Origin: Candidatus Poribacteria bacterium
GTDB taxonomy: Bacteria; Poribacteria; DTPJ01; WJIO01
DNA: 53,703 nucleotides
Assembly (NCBI GenBank): GCA_014730235.1
Contig: WJIO01000153.1
Coordinates: 1 to 53,703 of the forward strand
Direction of reading: 5' to 3'
Within the stretch, counting starts at the first letter, position 1. Each line of letters begins with the position of its first letter. Made by a program: the position numbers and the translations under genes. Positions 17,751 to 27,774 of this stretch are shown here, piece after piece. The notes under the pieces were generated by a model. It searched no databases and was not told the DNA's origin. It saw only the letters and a program-made list of their open reading frames with translations.

Positions 17751-20213
17751 ATGATAAAAAAAAGCTTCCTTTGTCTGATGATATTTACAGGTATGTTCTG
17801 GTCTTTGACTTCAGCGTTGGCTTTGCCGGATCTGGCAATTGATTCGGAAAGCATAGGGTTCTCAGACAATAACCCTACAGAGGGTGACCCTATGTCAATA
17901 ACAGCTAAGGTTATCAACAAGGGAGATGCAGAAATACCTGATGACATAGAGGTAAGATTTATAGAGGGTGATCCGGAAAAAGGCGGTCTTCAAATTTCCT
18001 TTGAAGCTATAATCCTGGGTCTTAAAGCCGGGGAAAGTAAAACTATAGATGTTAAATGGAGAGCTGCTTCTGGAAAGACTGATATACATGTAATAGCAGA
18101 TCCGGAAAATGAAATAAAAGAATCAAATGAAAAGAATAACTATGCCATAAAGCCAATAGAGGGCAAAAAGTGGAAAAGCCCGAAAGTAAACGAAAAGCAG
18201 ATAAACGAAACTATAAAAAAAGCCGCTGAATGGATTAAAAGCCAGCAGGGAGAGTTTTATGTCACATGTCCTAACGGTCATGACAATTTCCTTTACGCCG
18301 CTTTAGCCTATGGGAAATGTGTAATATGTGGAGCTAGTCTTGATGGAATAAGTCCTGAAAGATACCCAGAACAGCAAAGACCCGGTGGCTGGATGGCAGA
18401 AATCGGCCCTGGTATGACATCCCTCATGATAATGACACTGCTTCATGCCGGTGTTGACGTATCAGACCCTGCCATAGAAAAGGGATTCGATCATCTATTT
18501 AACAAAGCACCAACAAAATGGGAAGAATGGACTGATCCTTACGACTTCTCAACCGGTATTCTCGCCCTAACAGCTACTGGAAACAAAGAAAAATACATGG
18601 ATCTGGTTCAGTATTCTGTAAATCGTCTTGAAGCTTTACAAACTGAGGATGGTGGATGGGGATACGGCACCATAGCCGACGCTGCACATTTACAATATGT
18701 CATGTTTGGTCTTTATGCCGCCAAACAATGGGGAGCAGAGATAAAACCCGATACCTGGACAAGAGCAGTTGCCTGGCTTATAGGTATGCAGCAACCTGAT
18801 GGTGGTTGGAATTACTATTCATCCGGAAGCGGTCCTTACGCTGAGTGTTCTTATGGAAGCATGACAGCGACTGCTGTCATGTCCTTGAAAGCTGCCGGAT
18901 TATCCAGAGATAACAAAGCAGTAAAGCGTGGAGTTGAATGGCTGGAAAGATATTACTCCATAACCAGAAATCCCGGTACTTTCTACTGGCATTATTACTA
19001 TCTGGTTGCCCTTCAAAGAGCTATGGATATTCCACCCAAACAGGAGAAACTTGGCAGTCATGATTGGTATCAGGAAATTGCCAGCTTCCTTGTGAAAAAA
19101 CAGCAGGAGGATGGAAGTTGGATAGCCGCTACACCCATATACACCACAGGTGCTATCGGACAAGCTCCGGAAATAGCCAGTTGGGCTAAAGACAGGGGCG
19201 ATCTGATGGCGACCTCCTTTGCTGTCTTATTTCTCACCAGGGCTATGCCTGAACCTGCTGGTACCGATGTGGGTATGATTAAGGATAAGATGGAATTTTC
19301 CAAATCATCCCCTGATGAAGGTGAAGAGGTAACCATAAAAGCCTCGGTGATAAATCAAGGTAGTATTCCTGTAGAAAATCTGGAAGTTAAATTCTATGAT
19401 GGTGCTCCTGAAAGCGGCGGTGTCCTCATCGCTGCTCAACCTTTGCCGTTGCTTTCCGTTGGTCAGGAAGCGCAGGTAAAAGCAACGTGGAAAGCTGTCA
19501 ACACAGGAGAACACAAAATATATGCTGTAATTGATCCGTCGGATATTATTCAGGAATTTGATGAAAAAAACAATATAATATTTGACACTATAATCGTAGG
19601 TGGCGAAGAAAAACCAGCTATCCCGGCTATGGTTAAACTGGGTAATGGTCTATATAAACTTGGTAAAGTTGACGTGGATTTAAACAGCAATACTATAAAA
19701 ATACACGGAAAGATGAACATGTCCTATGGACTTATAGAGCTTCTGGCATGTTCCAGCATAGGCAAAGTTCACGAAAGCGCAATCGTGCTGGATGTAGACC
19801 CAATACATCTACAAACAGCGTTAATATTAATGGGGCTGGAATATGAAGGCGGACTACGTTATCAGGGTGATCCCCAAACACCAAAAGGCGATAGGGTGTA
19901 TATATGGGTGGAATGGAACTCAGAAGGTCAGGTTAAACGCCATCGAGCCGAGGATTTAGTATTTAATCGGGAAAAGCAAAGCACCATGCCGCATGTGGGA
20001 TGGGTATTCTCAGGTTCAAGAATTAACGATAACGGAGTTTTCATGGCCCAGGCCATAGGTACAATAATAACAACTTTTCATGATCCCGATGCCATTATTG
20101 ATAATCCACTGCCCGAAGGTGCAGATGATACCGTATACATCGTAAATACAAAATTAGCCCCACCAAAGGGCACTGATATAACCATGATAATAACTCCAGT
20201 CGGTTCCTCATAA
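17751..20213 (+). CDS. Exported CARDB / prenyltransferase-squalene-cyclase-like barrel / CARDB / YdjY-like multidomain protein
   Basis: Signal peptide; two CARDB motifs (DPENEIKESNEKNN, DPSDIIQEFDEKNN); QxxDGGWxY repeats; C-terminal IELLAC...HES...P.HLQ.AL; CPNGH...CVIC insert. Confidence 0.75.
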   Translation: MIKKSFLCLMIFTGMFWSLTSALALPDLAIDSESIGFSDNNPTEGDPMSITAKVINKGDAEIPDDIEVRFIEGDPEKGGLQISFEAIILGLKAGESKTIDVKWRAASGKTDIHVIADPENEIKESNEKNNYAIKPIEGKKWKSPKVNEKQINETIKKAAEWIKSQQGEFYVTCPNGHDNFLYAALAYGKCVICGASLDGISPERYPEQQRPGGWMAEIGPGMTSLMIMTLLHAGVDVSDPAIEKGFDHLFNKAPTKWEEWTDPYDFSTGILALTATGNKEKYMDLVQYSVNRLEALQTEDGGWGYGTIADAAHLQYVMFGLYAAKQWGAEIKPDTWTRAVAWLIGMQQPDGGWNYYSSGSGPYAECSYGSMTATAVMSLKAAGLSRDNKAVKRGVEWLERYYSITRNPGTFYWHYYYLVALQRAMDIPPKQEKLGSHDWYQEIASFLVKKQQEDGSWIAATPIYTTGAIGQAPEIASWAKDRGDLMATSFAVLFLTRAMPEPAGTDVGMIKDKMEFSKSSPDEGEEVTIKASVINQGSIPVENLEVKFYDGAPESGGVLIAAQPLPLLSVGQEAQVKATWKAVNTGEHKIYAVIDPSDIIQEFDEKNNIIFDTIIVGGEEKPAIPAMVKLGNGLYKLGKVDVDLNSNTIKIHGKMNMSYGLIELLACSSIGKVHESAIVLDVDPIHLQTALILMGLEYEGGLRYQGDPQTPKGDRVYIWVEWNSEGQVKRHRAEDLVFNREKQSTMPHVGWVFSGSRINDNGVFMAQAIGTIITTFHDPDAIIDNPLPEGADDTVYIVNTKLAPPKGTDITMIITPVGSS

Positions 20214-20219
20214 TATGAA

Positions 20220-21074
20220 ATGGTTAAACTCGGAAATCCTGTTTTAAAACGTGAAATCAGGTTAAAAACTCCCGCGTCAAAGTTAATTATCGCCATTTCA
20301 ATTCGCTTTGCCTGCCTGGGGATAATATATATTTTGATTGACTTTTCCCGCCTGGGAAGTGGATTATTGGCTTTTGCACTCTCCGAAACGCTAATAATAT
20401 TACTTTTCACCCCTGCATCAATCCTGGAATCCTTTGCCAGTAAAACCGCCAAAAGAGATAATCTGGAATTATCTCTCACTTCTCTGAAACCACATTCTGT
20501 AATTACAGGTAAATTTGTAAAAGCAGTCTTTTATAATTTTGTGTTTATCGTTATTTCTGCATTATTCATGTTTATATTGCCGCTTTTTTATAGAGGTTTA
20601 AGTTTCTGGCGAATTGCATCCGCAAATCTGGCGATTTTAGGTATATTATTTACCATCTCCGCTTTTACACTATCATTGACTTTGATATTCAGAAGAAAAA
20701 TACTTCTTTCAACCTTAGTTTCATATTTTCTTATAGTGATAATGCTTACCAGCGTCGTTTCGTTTGGGTTTGTGATAGAATCTTTAGAAAGCAATATTAT
20801 CAAAAACAGACTTACTGGGCTTGCTATGCACATTAATCCCTTTATCATGGTTTCCAGAACTTTGGGAACAATAGATATAATGAGAACCAGATATATATAC
20901 GAACTGGCTGATCCTATAGTAACTCGGGGCTTCAGTTATCCTAAATGGTATTCCATAGTCTTAATATATCTTATCAGTTCCTTTATTTTATTAATTCCAT
21001 CCCTAATAATCTATCATCACAACTATTTTTATTCCAGTTGTTGTAAAATTAATAATACCGATTTAGTAGATTAG
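20220..21074 (+). CDS. ABC-2/GldF-like membrane permease
   Basis: NPVL.RE start, about 6-7 TM segments, LEL.LT.L....I..GKF motif. Confidence 0.65.
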   Translation: MVKLGNPVLKREIRLKTPASKLIIAISIRFACLGIIYILIDFSRLGSGLLAFALSETLIILLFTPASILESFASKTAKRDNLELSLTSLKPHSVITGKFVKAVFYNFVFIVISALFMFILPLFYRGLSFWRIASANLAILGILFTISAFTLSLTLIFRRKILLSTLVSYFLIVIMLTSVVSFGFVIESLESNIIKNRLTGLAMHINPFIMVSRTLGTIDIMRTRYIYELADPIVTRGFSYPKWYSIVLIYLISSFILLIPSLIIYHHNYFYSSCCKINNTDLVD

Positions 21075-21109
21075 ATATCTGGTGAAGTTGCAGACTTTGA
21101 CACCACATT

Positions 21110-22375
21110 CTAAACGCTCCTTAAAGCTTCCACTGGCTCTATCTTTGCAGCCCGTCGGGACGGGAAGTAGGAAACGACAGTCGCAACAACTACTCCAAAT
21201 ATAAACGAACCAATTAAAATGGAGAAATCAAATCTGGGATAAATAATATCTGTTGTCATAAAATCCACGCTTCCACCAGAAAGTTTCTGAAGGTTAATCC
21301 CAACCTCAGATAATATAAAGTCTATTCCTCCACCCACTACCATACCGATAAATGATCCAATTACACTTATGAGCATGGCCTCAACCACAAACAGCAGGAT
21401 AATCTGTCCGCTGGACATACCCAAAGCGCCTATTGTTCCTATTTCTTTCATACGTTCGTATATTACCATCATGGTAGTGTTTATAATCACAGTAGAAGCG
21501 AGAACCAGCAGGAAAAGATATATAAAACTATAGATATTAGTTGCCACGCTAAACATGGACAGCATACCCTCCTGTTTATTCCAGGGAACAACTGCGTAAT
21601 ACGGATCATCCATTTTACTATCTATCTGACTTTTTATCTTTTCACTAATTTCCTCAGCATTTTCAGGCTTATTCACCATTATAATTATCTCACTGGCATT
21701 TTGACCCATCTCCAGAAGCCTTTGTGCAAAACCAATGGGTATATAAAACAACTTATCGTCTATAGCCGATATACCGAAGCTGAAAGTACCGGAAACTGTA
21801 AAAGTCATTCCCCGAAGGGAATCATAAGCAGTTCTAGCAAGAATAGTTATTTTTTCTCCGGTTTTAAGCCCTAATTTACTGGCCAGACCCTTACCCATTA
21901 TTATTTCACGATTAGAATTGCTACCAGTAGATAAGTATCCCCCATCTACCATTTTGTTATCAAAGGATATAAGTCGATCCTCGGCTTCAGGTTCAACCCC
22001 TATGCCCAAAGCTGAACTGTTTTTACCACTATGGCTCAGAAGCACACCAAACTTGATTCTGGGAGCTACAATCTCCACATCTTCAACGGATTTCAGAACA
22101 GGGAGTAACTCCTGATATCCTCCACCGTCAAAACCGTCAATCATGTGTTCCAACGGCATCATATCCTGTTTTTCATAATATTTATTATGGGAAATCTTTA
22201 TATGACCTGATTCCACTTTGGTGAGGGAATCGAACATGGAATCTATTATCCCACCTATATACCCCCTCATCACCAGTATTACCATTATAGCAATGGATAT
22301 GGCTATAGCAGAGAGCATTGTACGTCTTTTATTCCTGCCGATATTTCTGAAAGCCATTTTGAATATATAACGCAT
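21110..22375 (-). CDS. FtsX/LolE/MacB-type ABC permease
   Basis: RN..RNKRRT, periplasmic domain, ER.KEIG...ALG, A.I.PVEALR. Confidence 0.9.
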   Translation of the reverse strand: MRYIFKMAFRNIGRNKRRTMLSAIAISIAIMVILVMRGYIGGIIDSMFDSLTKVESGHIKISHNKYYEKQDMMPLEHMIDGFDGGGYQELLPVLKSVEDVEIVAPRIKFGVLLSHSGKNSSALGIGVEPEAEDRLISFDNKMVDGGYLSTGSNSNREIIMGKGLASKLGLKTGEKITILARTAYDSLRGMTFTVSGTFSFGISAIDDKLFYIPIGFAQRLLEMGQNASEIIIMVNKPENAEEISEKIKSQIDSKMDDPYYAVVPWNKQEGMLSMFSVATNIYSFIYLFLLVLASTVIINTTMMVIYERMKEIGTIGALGMSSGQIILLFVVEAMLISVIGSFIGMVVGGGIDFILSEVGINLQKLSGGSVDFMTTDIIYPRFDFSILIGSFIFGVVVATVVSYFPSRRAAKIEPVEALRSV

Positions 22376-22396
22376 TTGAATACCTCTGGTTAAGTT

Positions 22397-23650
22397 TTAG
22401 GCAGTTCTCAGGGATTCAGTTATTTCCATTCTTATTGCTTTTAAAGATGGGTATATGCTGATTAAGGCCGGAGCCAGGATGGAGAAAGTTGCCGCGAAAA
22501 TAAAAGATTCTGGGTTCCATACGCCTTTTACCACATCCATAATCCTGTAGCCTATATCCACATCCATATTGGTCATAAAACTCCAGTCAAAACCTATATA
22601 AACCTGATAAGCATTTACTAGCAAACCAATTACAACGCCAAAAACAGCTCCAAACAGGCCGATGGCAGCGCCTTCAAAAATAAAACTCCACAATATTTCA
22701 TTATCTCTCATTCCCAGGGCCCGCATCATACCGATTTCTTTTATCCTCTCAAAAACACTCATAAGCATGGTGTTAATAACTCCCACAGCGGCGATGATAA
22801 ATATAACAAGAATGATGATATAACTACCCGCTGTTTTGGTTCTGCTCAGGGTAAGCCAGTCTTTCCCCAGTTCCCTCCAGGAGACGGCCGTTAAATATCC
22901 CATATTATTTGACTTGAGTTCGCTGGAAATATCATCAAGCAAATCCTCAATATCATCGTCTTTGGCCCGAATACCTATTTCTGTTATATCACCCTCCATA
23001 TCCAGATCTCTTTTTGCAATATCCAGGGGAATATAGGCCACAGAGCGGCTTATCTGGGGGTTCGGTGGATTAATTATACCTACCACTTCAACGGAAATAG
23101 CCTGATACGTATCGTATTTAGTTCGGGTTAGTATTGTCAGCATATCCCCGATTTTCACCTCTAGTTTTTTTGCCGCCATTTTACCTATAATTACGCCGTA
23201 TTCATCAGTTTTCAAATAGCGACCGGAATCAATAGATTCTTTAAGACTATAGACATTTTTATCCATATCAGGTTCTATACCTATAACCGTAAAAGGACGT
23301 TCGCCGCCAATCCGCTCATTTATCATCCTTGCGTTAAAGGATATACGTGGGGTAACTGAAATGTCTTCAGTACTAATAATATCCTGTACTTTTTTATAAT
23401 TCTCTATTCCCTTATCCAAAAGTAAAAATCCCTCATCAGACATTTCATCATAAAATTCCTGGTTGTAAATTTTTATATGGGAAGACTCGTAATCAATAAA
23501 ATTACGCACAGATTCGTAATGAAAACCTTTAAGCATAGAATCAGTGAAAACAAATAGAACTATACCTACAGATATAGCAATAAAGGTTATGATAGTACGT
23601 CTTTTATATCGCCAAATATTCTTGAAAGCAAAGCGTATAAGGAACAGCAT
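22397..23650 (-). CDS. FtsX/LolC/MacB-type ABC permease
   Basis: Paralogous architecture: KN.WRYKRRT, ERIKEIGMMRALG. Confidence 0.9.
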   Translation of the reverse strand: MLFLIRFAFKNIWRYKRRTIITFIAISVGIVLFVFTDSMLKGFHYESVRNFIDYESSHIKIYNQEFYDEMSDEGFLLLDKGIENYKKVQDIISTEDISVTPRISFNARMINERIGGERPFTVIGIEPDMDKNVYSLKESIDSGRYLKTDEYGVIIGKMAAKKLEVKIGDMLTILTRTKYDTYQAISVEVVGIINPPNPQISRSVAYIPLDIAKRDLDMEGDITEIGIRAKDDDIEDLLDDISSELKSNNMGYLTAVSWRELGKDWLTLSRTKTAGSYIIILVIFIIAAVGVINTMLMSVFERIKEIGMMRALGMRDNEILWSFIFEGAAIGLFGAVFGVVIGLLVNAYQVYIGFDWSFMTNMDVDIGYRIMDVVKGVWNPESFIFAATFSILAPALISIYPSLKAIRMEITESLRTA

Positions 23651-23654
23651 ATAG

Positions 23655-24341
23655 CTACTTCCTTTCATCAGAATGGATCATACCATCTTTCAGGTTGATA
23701 AGTCTTCTTGCTCTATCCATTACCATGGGATCATGGGTAGAAAATATAAATGTAGCGCCTTTTTCTTCGTTCAGTTCACGCATTAAATCCAGAATATCTC
23801 CTCCGGTATTGGAGTCCAGATTTGCCGTCGGTTCGTCGGCAAGTATAATAGTAGGCTCTTTAACCAAAGCCCTGGCAACAGCCACTCGCTGTTGTTGACC
23901 GCCGGATAACTCCCGGGGATAACGGTCTTCCATACCTTCTAATCCTACATCTTTAAGTATTTGGTTGACATTGTTTTGTATTTTTTCCGAATCCCAATGC
24001 AATAATGAAAGGGGAAAGGCTACGTTTTCAAAAGCACTAAGTATGGGTATGAGGTTAAATGTCTGGAAAATAAAACCAATGGACTCACGACGAATATTAG
24101 CCAGCTCTTTTTTGCTGTAATGACTCACGTCATTTTCGTTAATCAGAACTTTACCTTCAGTAGGAGTATCGAGACAACCTATTAAGTTTAGAAGGGTGGA
24201 TTTTCCACTTCCAGAAGGCCCTGCTACGGCAGTAAATTCACCGGCTTCTATTTCCATATCCATCCCTCTAAGAGCATGGACGACGGTTTCTCCTACTTTG
24301 TAATCCTTTTTCAGGTCTAATACACTTACTAGAGCTCCCAT
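23655..24341 (-). CDS. ABC ATP-binding protein (LolD/MacB-like)
   Basis: GPSGSGKS, LSGGQQQR, DEPTANLD. Confidence 0.93.
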   Translation of the reverse strand: MGALVSVLDLKKDYKVGETVVHALRGMDMEIEAGEFTAVAGPSGSGKSTLLNLIGCLDTPTEGKVLINENDVSHYSKKELANIRRESIGFIFQTFNLIPILSAFENVAFPLSLLHWDSEKIQNNVNQILKDVGLEGMEDRYPRELSGGQQQRVAVARALVKEPTIILADEPTANLDSNTGGDILDLMRELNEEKGATFIFSTHDPMVMDRARRLINLKDGMIHSDERK

Positions 24342-24381
24342 GCTATATTCCTTTTCATTACAGGTTTTCGAAATTCATAGA

Positions 24382-25155
24382 TTAATATCCAAGTTTTCTA
24401 ACCCGACGATAAAGTCTTATTGCAAGTAACAAAAACAATACCAGAAAAAAAGGCAAGATCATCATGTCCAGAATCAATGATTGTGAGCCGGAACCAGTGA
24501 CGGCATGTTTTATGGCGTCATGGGCATAAGTTAAAGGTGAAATATAAGACACAACTCTTACCCATTTTGGCAAATTAGACAAAGGGATAAATATTCCACT
24601 CACAAACAAAAGAGGCCATCTCAAAAGCGTACTGGGCATCATAACATTACCTACAGATCGGACAGGGAAAGAGCCAAACCAGACTCCCAAAGCTGAAAAC
24701 GACATGGCAGAAAGTATAACTGCTCCTGCCAGAAGAGGGGGATTTTGTATTCTAACCTTAAAAATAGTAATTCCAATTATTATCGGTATTAAATCAACAC
24801 TCACAGCAAAAACTAAACCCACCATCGCTTTACCAAAAAGTAAGCAGCTCATTGATAAAGGCGCAGTCATCAGACGATCCATAGTACGAGTTCTGCGTTC
24901 CAGGATCAATATCACCGGCCCTGCTGTTGATGCGGTAAAAAATAGTATCATAGATGAAAGATTTATGATACCCAATTGGGGAGATAGCTCAGTACCTCGA
25001 CGCACAGAAAAGGAAAAAAACAACAAAACCGGCATGATCAGGCCAAACATAACCATTGGCGGATTAAAGTAATAGGTACGCAGATCCTTGACTGCAATAG
25101 CCCAGGCCTGGCCCAATGCACCTATTGTACGGCTCCATATACTCACCTTTTTCAT
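24382..25155 (-). CDS. ABC-2 type exporter permease
   Basis: Six TM segments; ERR..T..RL..AP; SGIF.P...LP.W...SPLTY. Confidence 0.88.
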   Translation of the reverse strand: MKKVSIWSRTIGALGQAWAIAVKDLRTYYFNPPMVMFGLIMPVLLFFSFSVRRGTELSPQLGIINLSSMILFFTASTAGPVILILERRTRTMDRLMTAPLSMSCLLFGKAMVGLVFAVSVDLIPIIIGITIFKVRIQNPPLLAGAVILSAMSFSALGVWFGSFPVRSVGNVMMPSTLLRWPLLFVSGIFIPLSNLPKWVRVVSYISPLTYAHDAIKHAVTGSGSQSLILDMMILPFFLVLFLLLAIRLYRRVRKLGY

Positions 25156-26168
25156 TTTCCCATTCTCCCTTTACCGCGCTTTCTAATTGGACTTTTTTCA
25201 TCTCCATACATCCCAGTAACCAGGCCTACTTCCTGACCGGTGATCTTAAGGAACACATCCTCAAGACTCGAACCAAGAGTATTCAAACTCTTTAAGCTGA
25301 GTCCATGCTCCCGGGAAAAGTCGATAACAGATGGAATAACTTCCGTCGGATTATCCGTATAAAGCCGAAATATGCTGCCCGATCTTAACTCGTGATTTAC
25401 ACCGTTTATTCCTGACAGGGATGGAATTTTACTATCCTCCGGAGTTTTAAAGGATACTTCCACAATTTGAACACTTTCAATGCTGCCCTTAAGTTCATCG
25501 GGCGTTCCGATAGTAGCAATGCGTCCACGATCTATTATAGCAACCCGGTGACATAATTCATTGGCCACTTCAATCTGATGGGTTGTAAGAAAGATGGTGA
25601 CACCTGATTTGTTTAAATCCCTTACTAATTTTTTGATATATCTTGCACTCTGAACATCAAGTCCGGAGATAGGTTCATCCAGAAAAAGTATTTTGGGATT
25701 ATGCATCAAAGCCATAGCTACGGTAAGCCGTCGACGCATACCTTTGGAGAATTCCTGCACTTTTGTATGGGCCTTTTCCGTTAATCCAAATATATCCAAA
25801 AGTTCTTTTGCTCTTTTATTTCGATCCTTTCGGGACATTCGATATATCTTTCCGGTAAAACGGAGATTCCCTTCGGCGGTAAGCTCTGTATAGACATTGG
25901 ATTCTTCCGGAACAATACCCATTAAAGTTCTTGCTTCAATTGATTCTTTTGGTAACTCATAATCATGTATGCGAATACTTCCGGCAGTAGGTTCCAGAAA
26001 AGTTGTTATCATCATAACTGTAGTAGTCTTACCGGCACCGTTAGGACCCAGAAAACCGAATATCTCGCCTCTACCTACATCAAAATCAACATCGTCCACA
26101 GCTAAAAATTTACCATAATACTTGGTCAAACCACGAATTTCAATTGCAGTCAATCCGTTATTATCCAT
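25152..26168 (-). CDS. ABC ATP-binding protein (DrrA-like)
   Basis: GPNGAGKTT, FSKGMRRR, DEP, C-terminal SLEDVFL.ITG. Confidence 0.92.
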   Translation of the reverse strand: MDNNGLTAIEIRGLTKYYGKFLAVDDVDFDVGRGEIFGFLGPNGAGKTTTVMMITTFLEPTAGSIRIHDYELPKESIEARTLMGIVPEESNVYTELTAEGNLRFTGKIYRMSRKDRNKRAKELLDIFGLTEKAHTKVQEFSKGMRRRLTVAMALMHNPKILFLDEPISGLDVQSARYIKKLVRDLNKSGVTIFLTTHQIEVANELCHRVAIIDRGRIATIGTPDELKGSIESVQIVEVSFKTPEDSKIPSLSGINGVNHELRSGSIFRLYTDNPTEVIPSVIDFSREHGLSLKSLNTLGSSLEDVFLKITGQEVGLVTGMYGDEKSPIRKRGKGRMGK

Positions 26169-26183
26169 GATCTTTACACCTAT

Positions 26184-27416
26184 CTACACCTTATACTGAG
26201 TTGCCACCTTACGAAGTGCCGCGGCCATATCTTTAACTTCTTCTTCGCCATACCATTCGGCCATAGGAAGTGTTACCATTCGATTCAGCATGTCTTCAGT
26301 CTTTGGGCATAATCCCTCGGTGTATTTTATACCTTTACGGGCATTTGGATGATCCCAGGGATGGGACGAATCACCGAAAGTCTTTTGCTCGGATATGGCA
26401 ATACTGCACATGAATATAGGCTTACCGATGTATGATGGCGAAGCCGGGAGGCCTTCAGCAGTATAAGCTTTAACGAACTGGGAAGCTGTAAACGGCGCAT
26501 CGGGATTTACAGTAAGACCATACAGCCAATATGAACCATGACAGTCAGGAAGCACCTTCTGAGGTTTTATATTGGGAACACCATCCAGTAATGAAGTAAG
26601 CATTTCACCATTTTTACGACGACGATTAACCACATCCTGAACTTTCTTAACCTGGGCCAGGGCTACCGCGCCGGAAAGCTCATTCATGTGATAGTTAAGG
26701 GCAATATCTCCGTATTTTCTGGGCCACTGCCAGTCCTGATGCTGTCCTTTATCCATAAAAAACGAACCGCGCTCTCCGTAATCCCTGTTATCTGTTATAG
26801 TCACTCCACCTGCCCCGGTTGTCATATGCTTGCTCTGTTGAAGGCTAAAACAGCCTATATCTCCAAGCGTACCGACCTTTTTTCCCTTATACAGGGCCAG
26901 ATGGGCCTGGGAACAGTCCTCGATGATTGGTATGCCTTTACGTTTGCTAATATCCACAATAGGATCCATATCCGATGGATTTCCAAATAGATGTATAGGC
27001 ATAATTGCTTTTGTTTTAGGTGTAATATTGGCCTTTATGCTTTCAATATCCGCGTTGTAGGTTTCCGGGTTAAGATCAGCAAATATGGGTATGCAGTTAT
27101 GAAAAACTATGGGCAATATTGAGCCCAGATCCGTTACCGGACAGGTTATTATCTCATCACCGGGGGATGGGTTGACCATAGCAATACCAACATGTATGGA
27201 TGAAGTACCGGAGTTTGAAGCCACAGCATGGCTAACTCCATGTAGCTGGGCAAATGCCTTTTCAAACTGTATTACTTTTGTTCCGCCATGTCTGTAAAGG
27301 TGGCCTGAATCAATTACATCCACAAGTTCTTTGAGCTCTTCTTTGCCAACTTTTTTACCACCGGGAAGGGGACGTTTACGAACAGCTTCACCGCCTTCTA
27401 TTGCAAGCTTAGACAT
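26184..27416 (-). CDS. DegT/DnrJ/EryC1/StrS family PLP aminotransferase
   Basis: LAI.GG, SGTS, IEDCSQAH, FSLQQSKHMTTG.GG with the PLP lysine. Confidence 0.92.
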   Translation of the reverse strand: MSKLAIEGGEAVRKRPLPGGKKVGKEELKELVDVIDSGHLYRHGGTKVIQFEKAFAQLHGVSHAVASNSGTSSIHVGIAMVNPSPGDEIITCPVTDLGSILPIVFHNCIPIFADLNPETYNADIESIKANITPKTKAIMPIHLFGNPSDMDPIVDISKRKGIPIIEDCSQAHLALYKGKKVGTLGDIGCFSLQQSKHMTTGAGGVTITDNRDYGERGSFFMDKGQHQDWQWPRKYGDIALNYHMNELSGAVALAQVKKVQDVVNRRRKNGEMLTSLLDGVPNIKPQKVLPDCHGSYWLYGLTVNPDAPFTASQFVKAYTAEGLPASPSYIGKPIFMCSIAISEQKTFGDSSHPWDHPNARKGIKYTEGLCPKTEDMLNRMVTLPMAEWYGEEEVKDMAAALRKVATQYKV

Positions 27417-27503
27417 ATATTAATCTCCTATTTTACAGATTATATTCTGGTTTGTATCGAGCAAAATAAAATGAATTGAAACCAAGCTTTATTACTGAAA
27501 GGT

Positions 27504-27532
27504 ATTCTAACATACAAACAAGGGCTTGTCTA
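27504..27532 (-). promoter_or_regulatory. Putative sigma70 promoter for the DegT/ABC operon
   Basis: TAGACA-17 bp-TAGAAT with a TG extended -10. Confidence 0.65.
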
Positions 27533-27703
27533 TAACTAAACAATCAATTGCTATCCGTTTTATTGTATTGTCGTAATAGTACAATAAAGTCATATATCAT
27601 TAATACAATTTGTCAATCTGTTTTGGGGGGGGATAAACACAGATCGATAAAATAATTTACTAAATTTGCCTGAGATAATATAATTATTACGAATGAATTT
27701 ATG

Positions 27704-27726
27704 GTAATCGTTAAAAAATGGATATA
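27704..27726. repeat. Solo copy of the GTAATCGTTAAAAAATG element end
   Basis: 22/23 identity with 10793-10815. Confidence 0.6.
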
Positions 27727-27774
27727 ATTTAGTTGTAATTAAAAGCATAAAAATTTAAAAGTGAGGTAATACTA

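Noticed and set aside
27625-27632. G8 tract in the divergent promoter region as a phase-variation switch
   Set aside because: Short, and not inside a predicted -35/-10 spacer or an ORF
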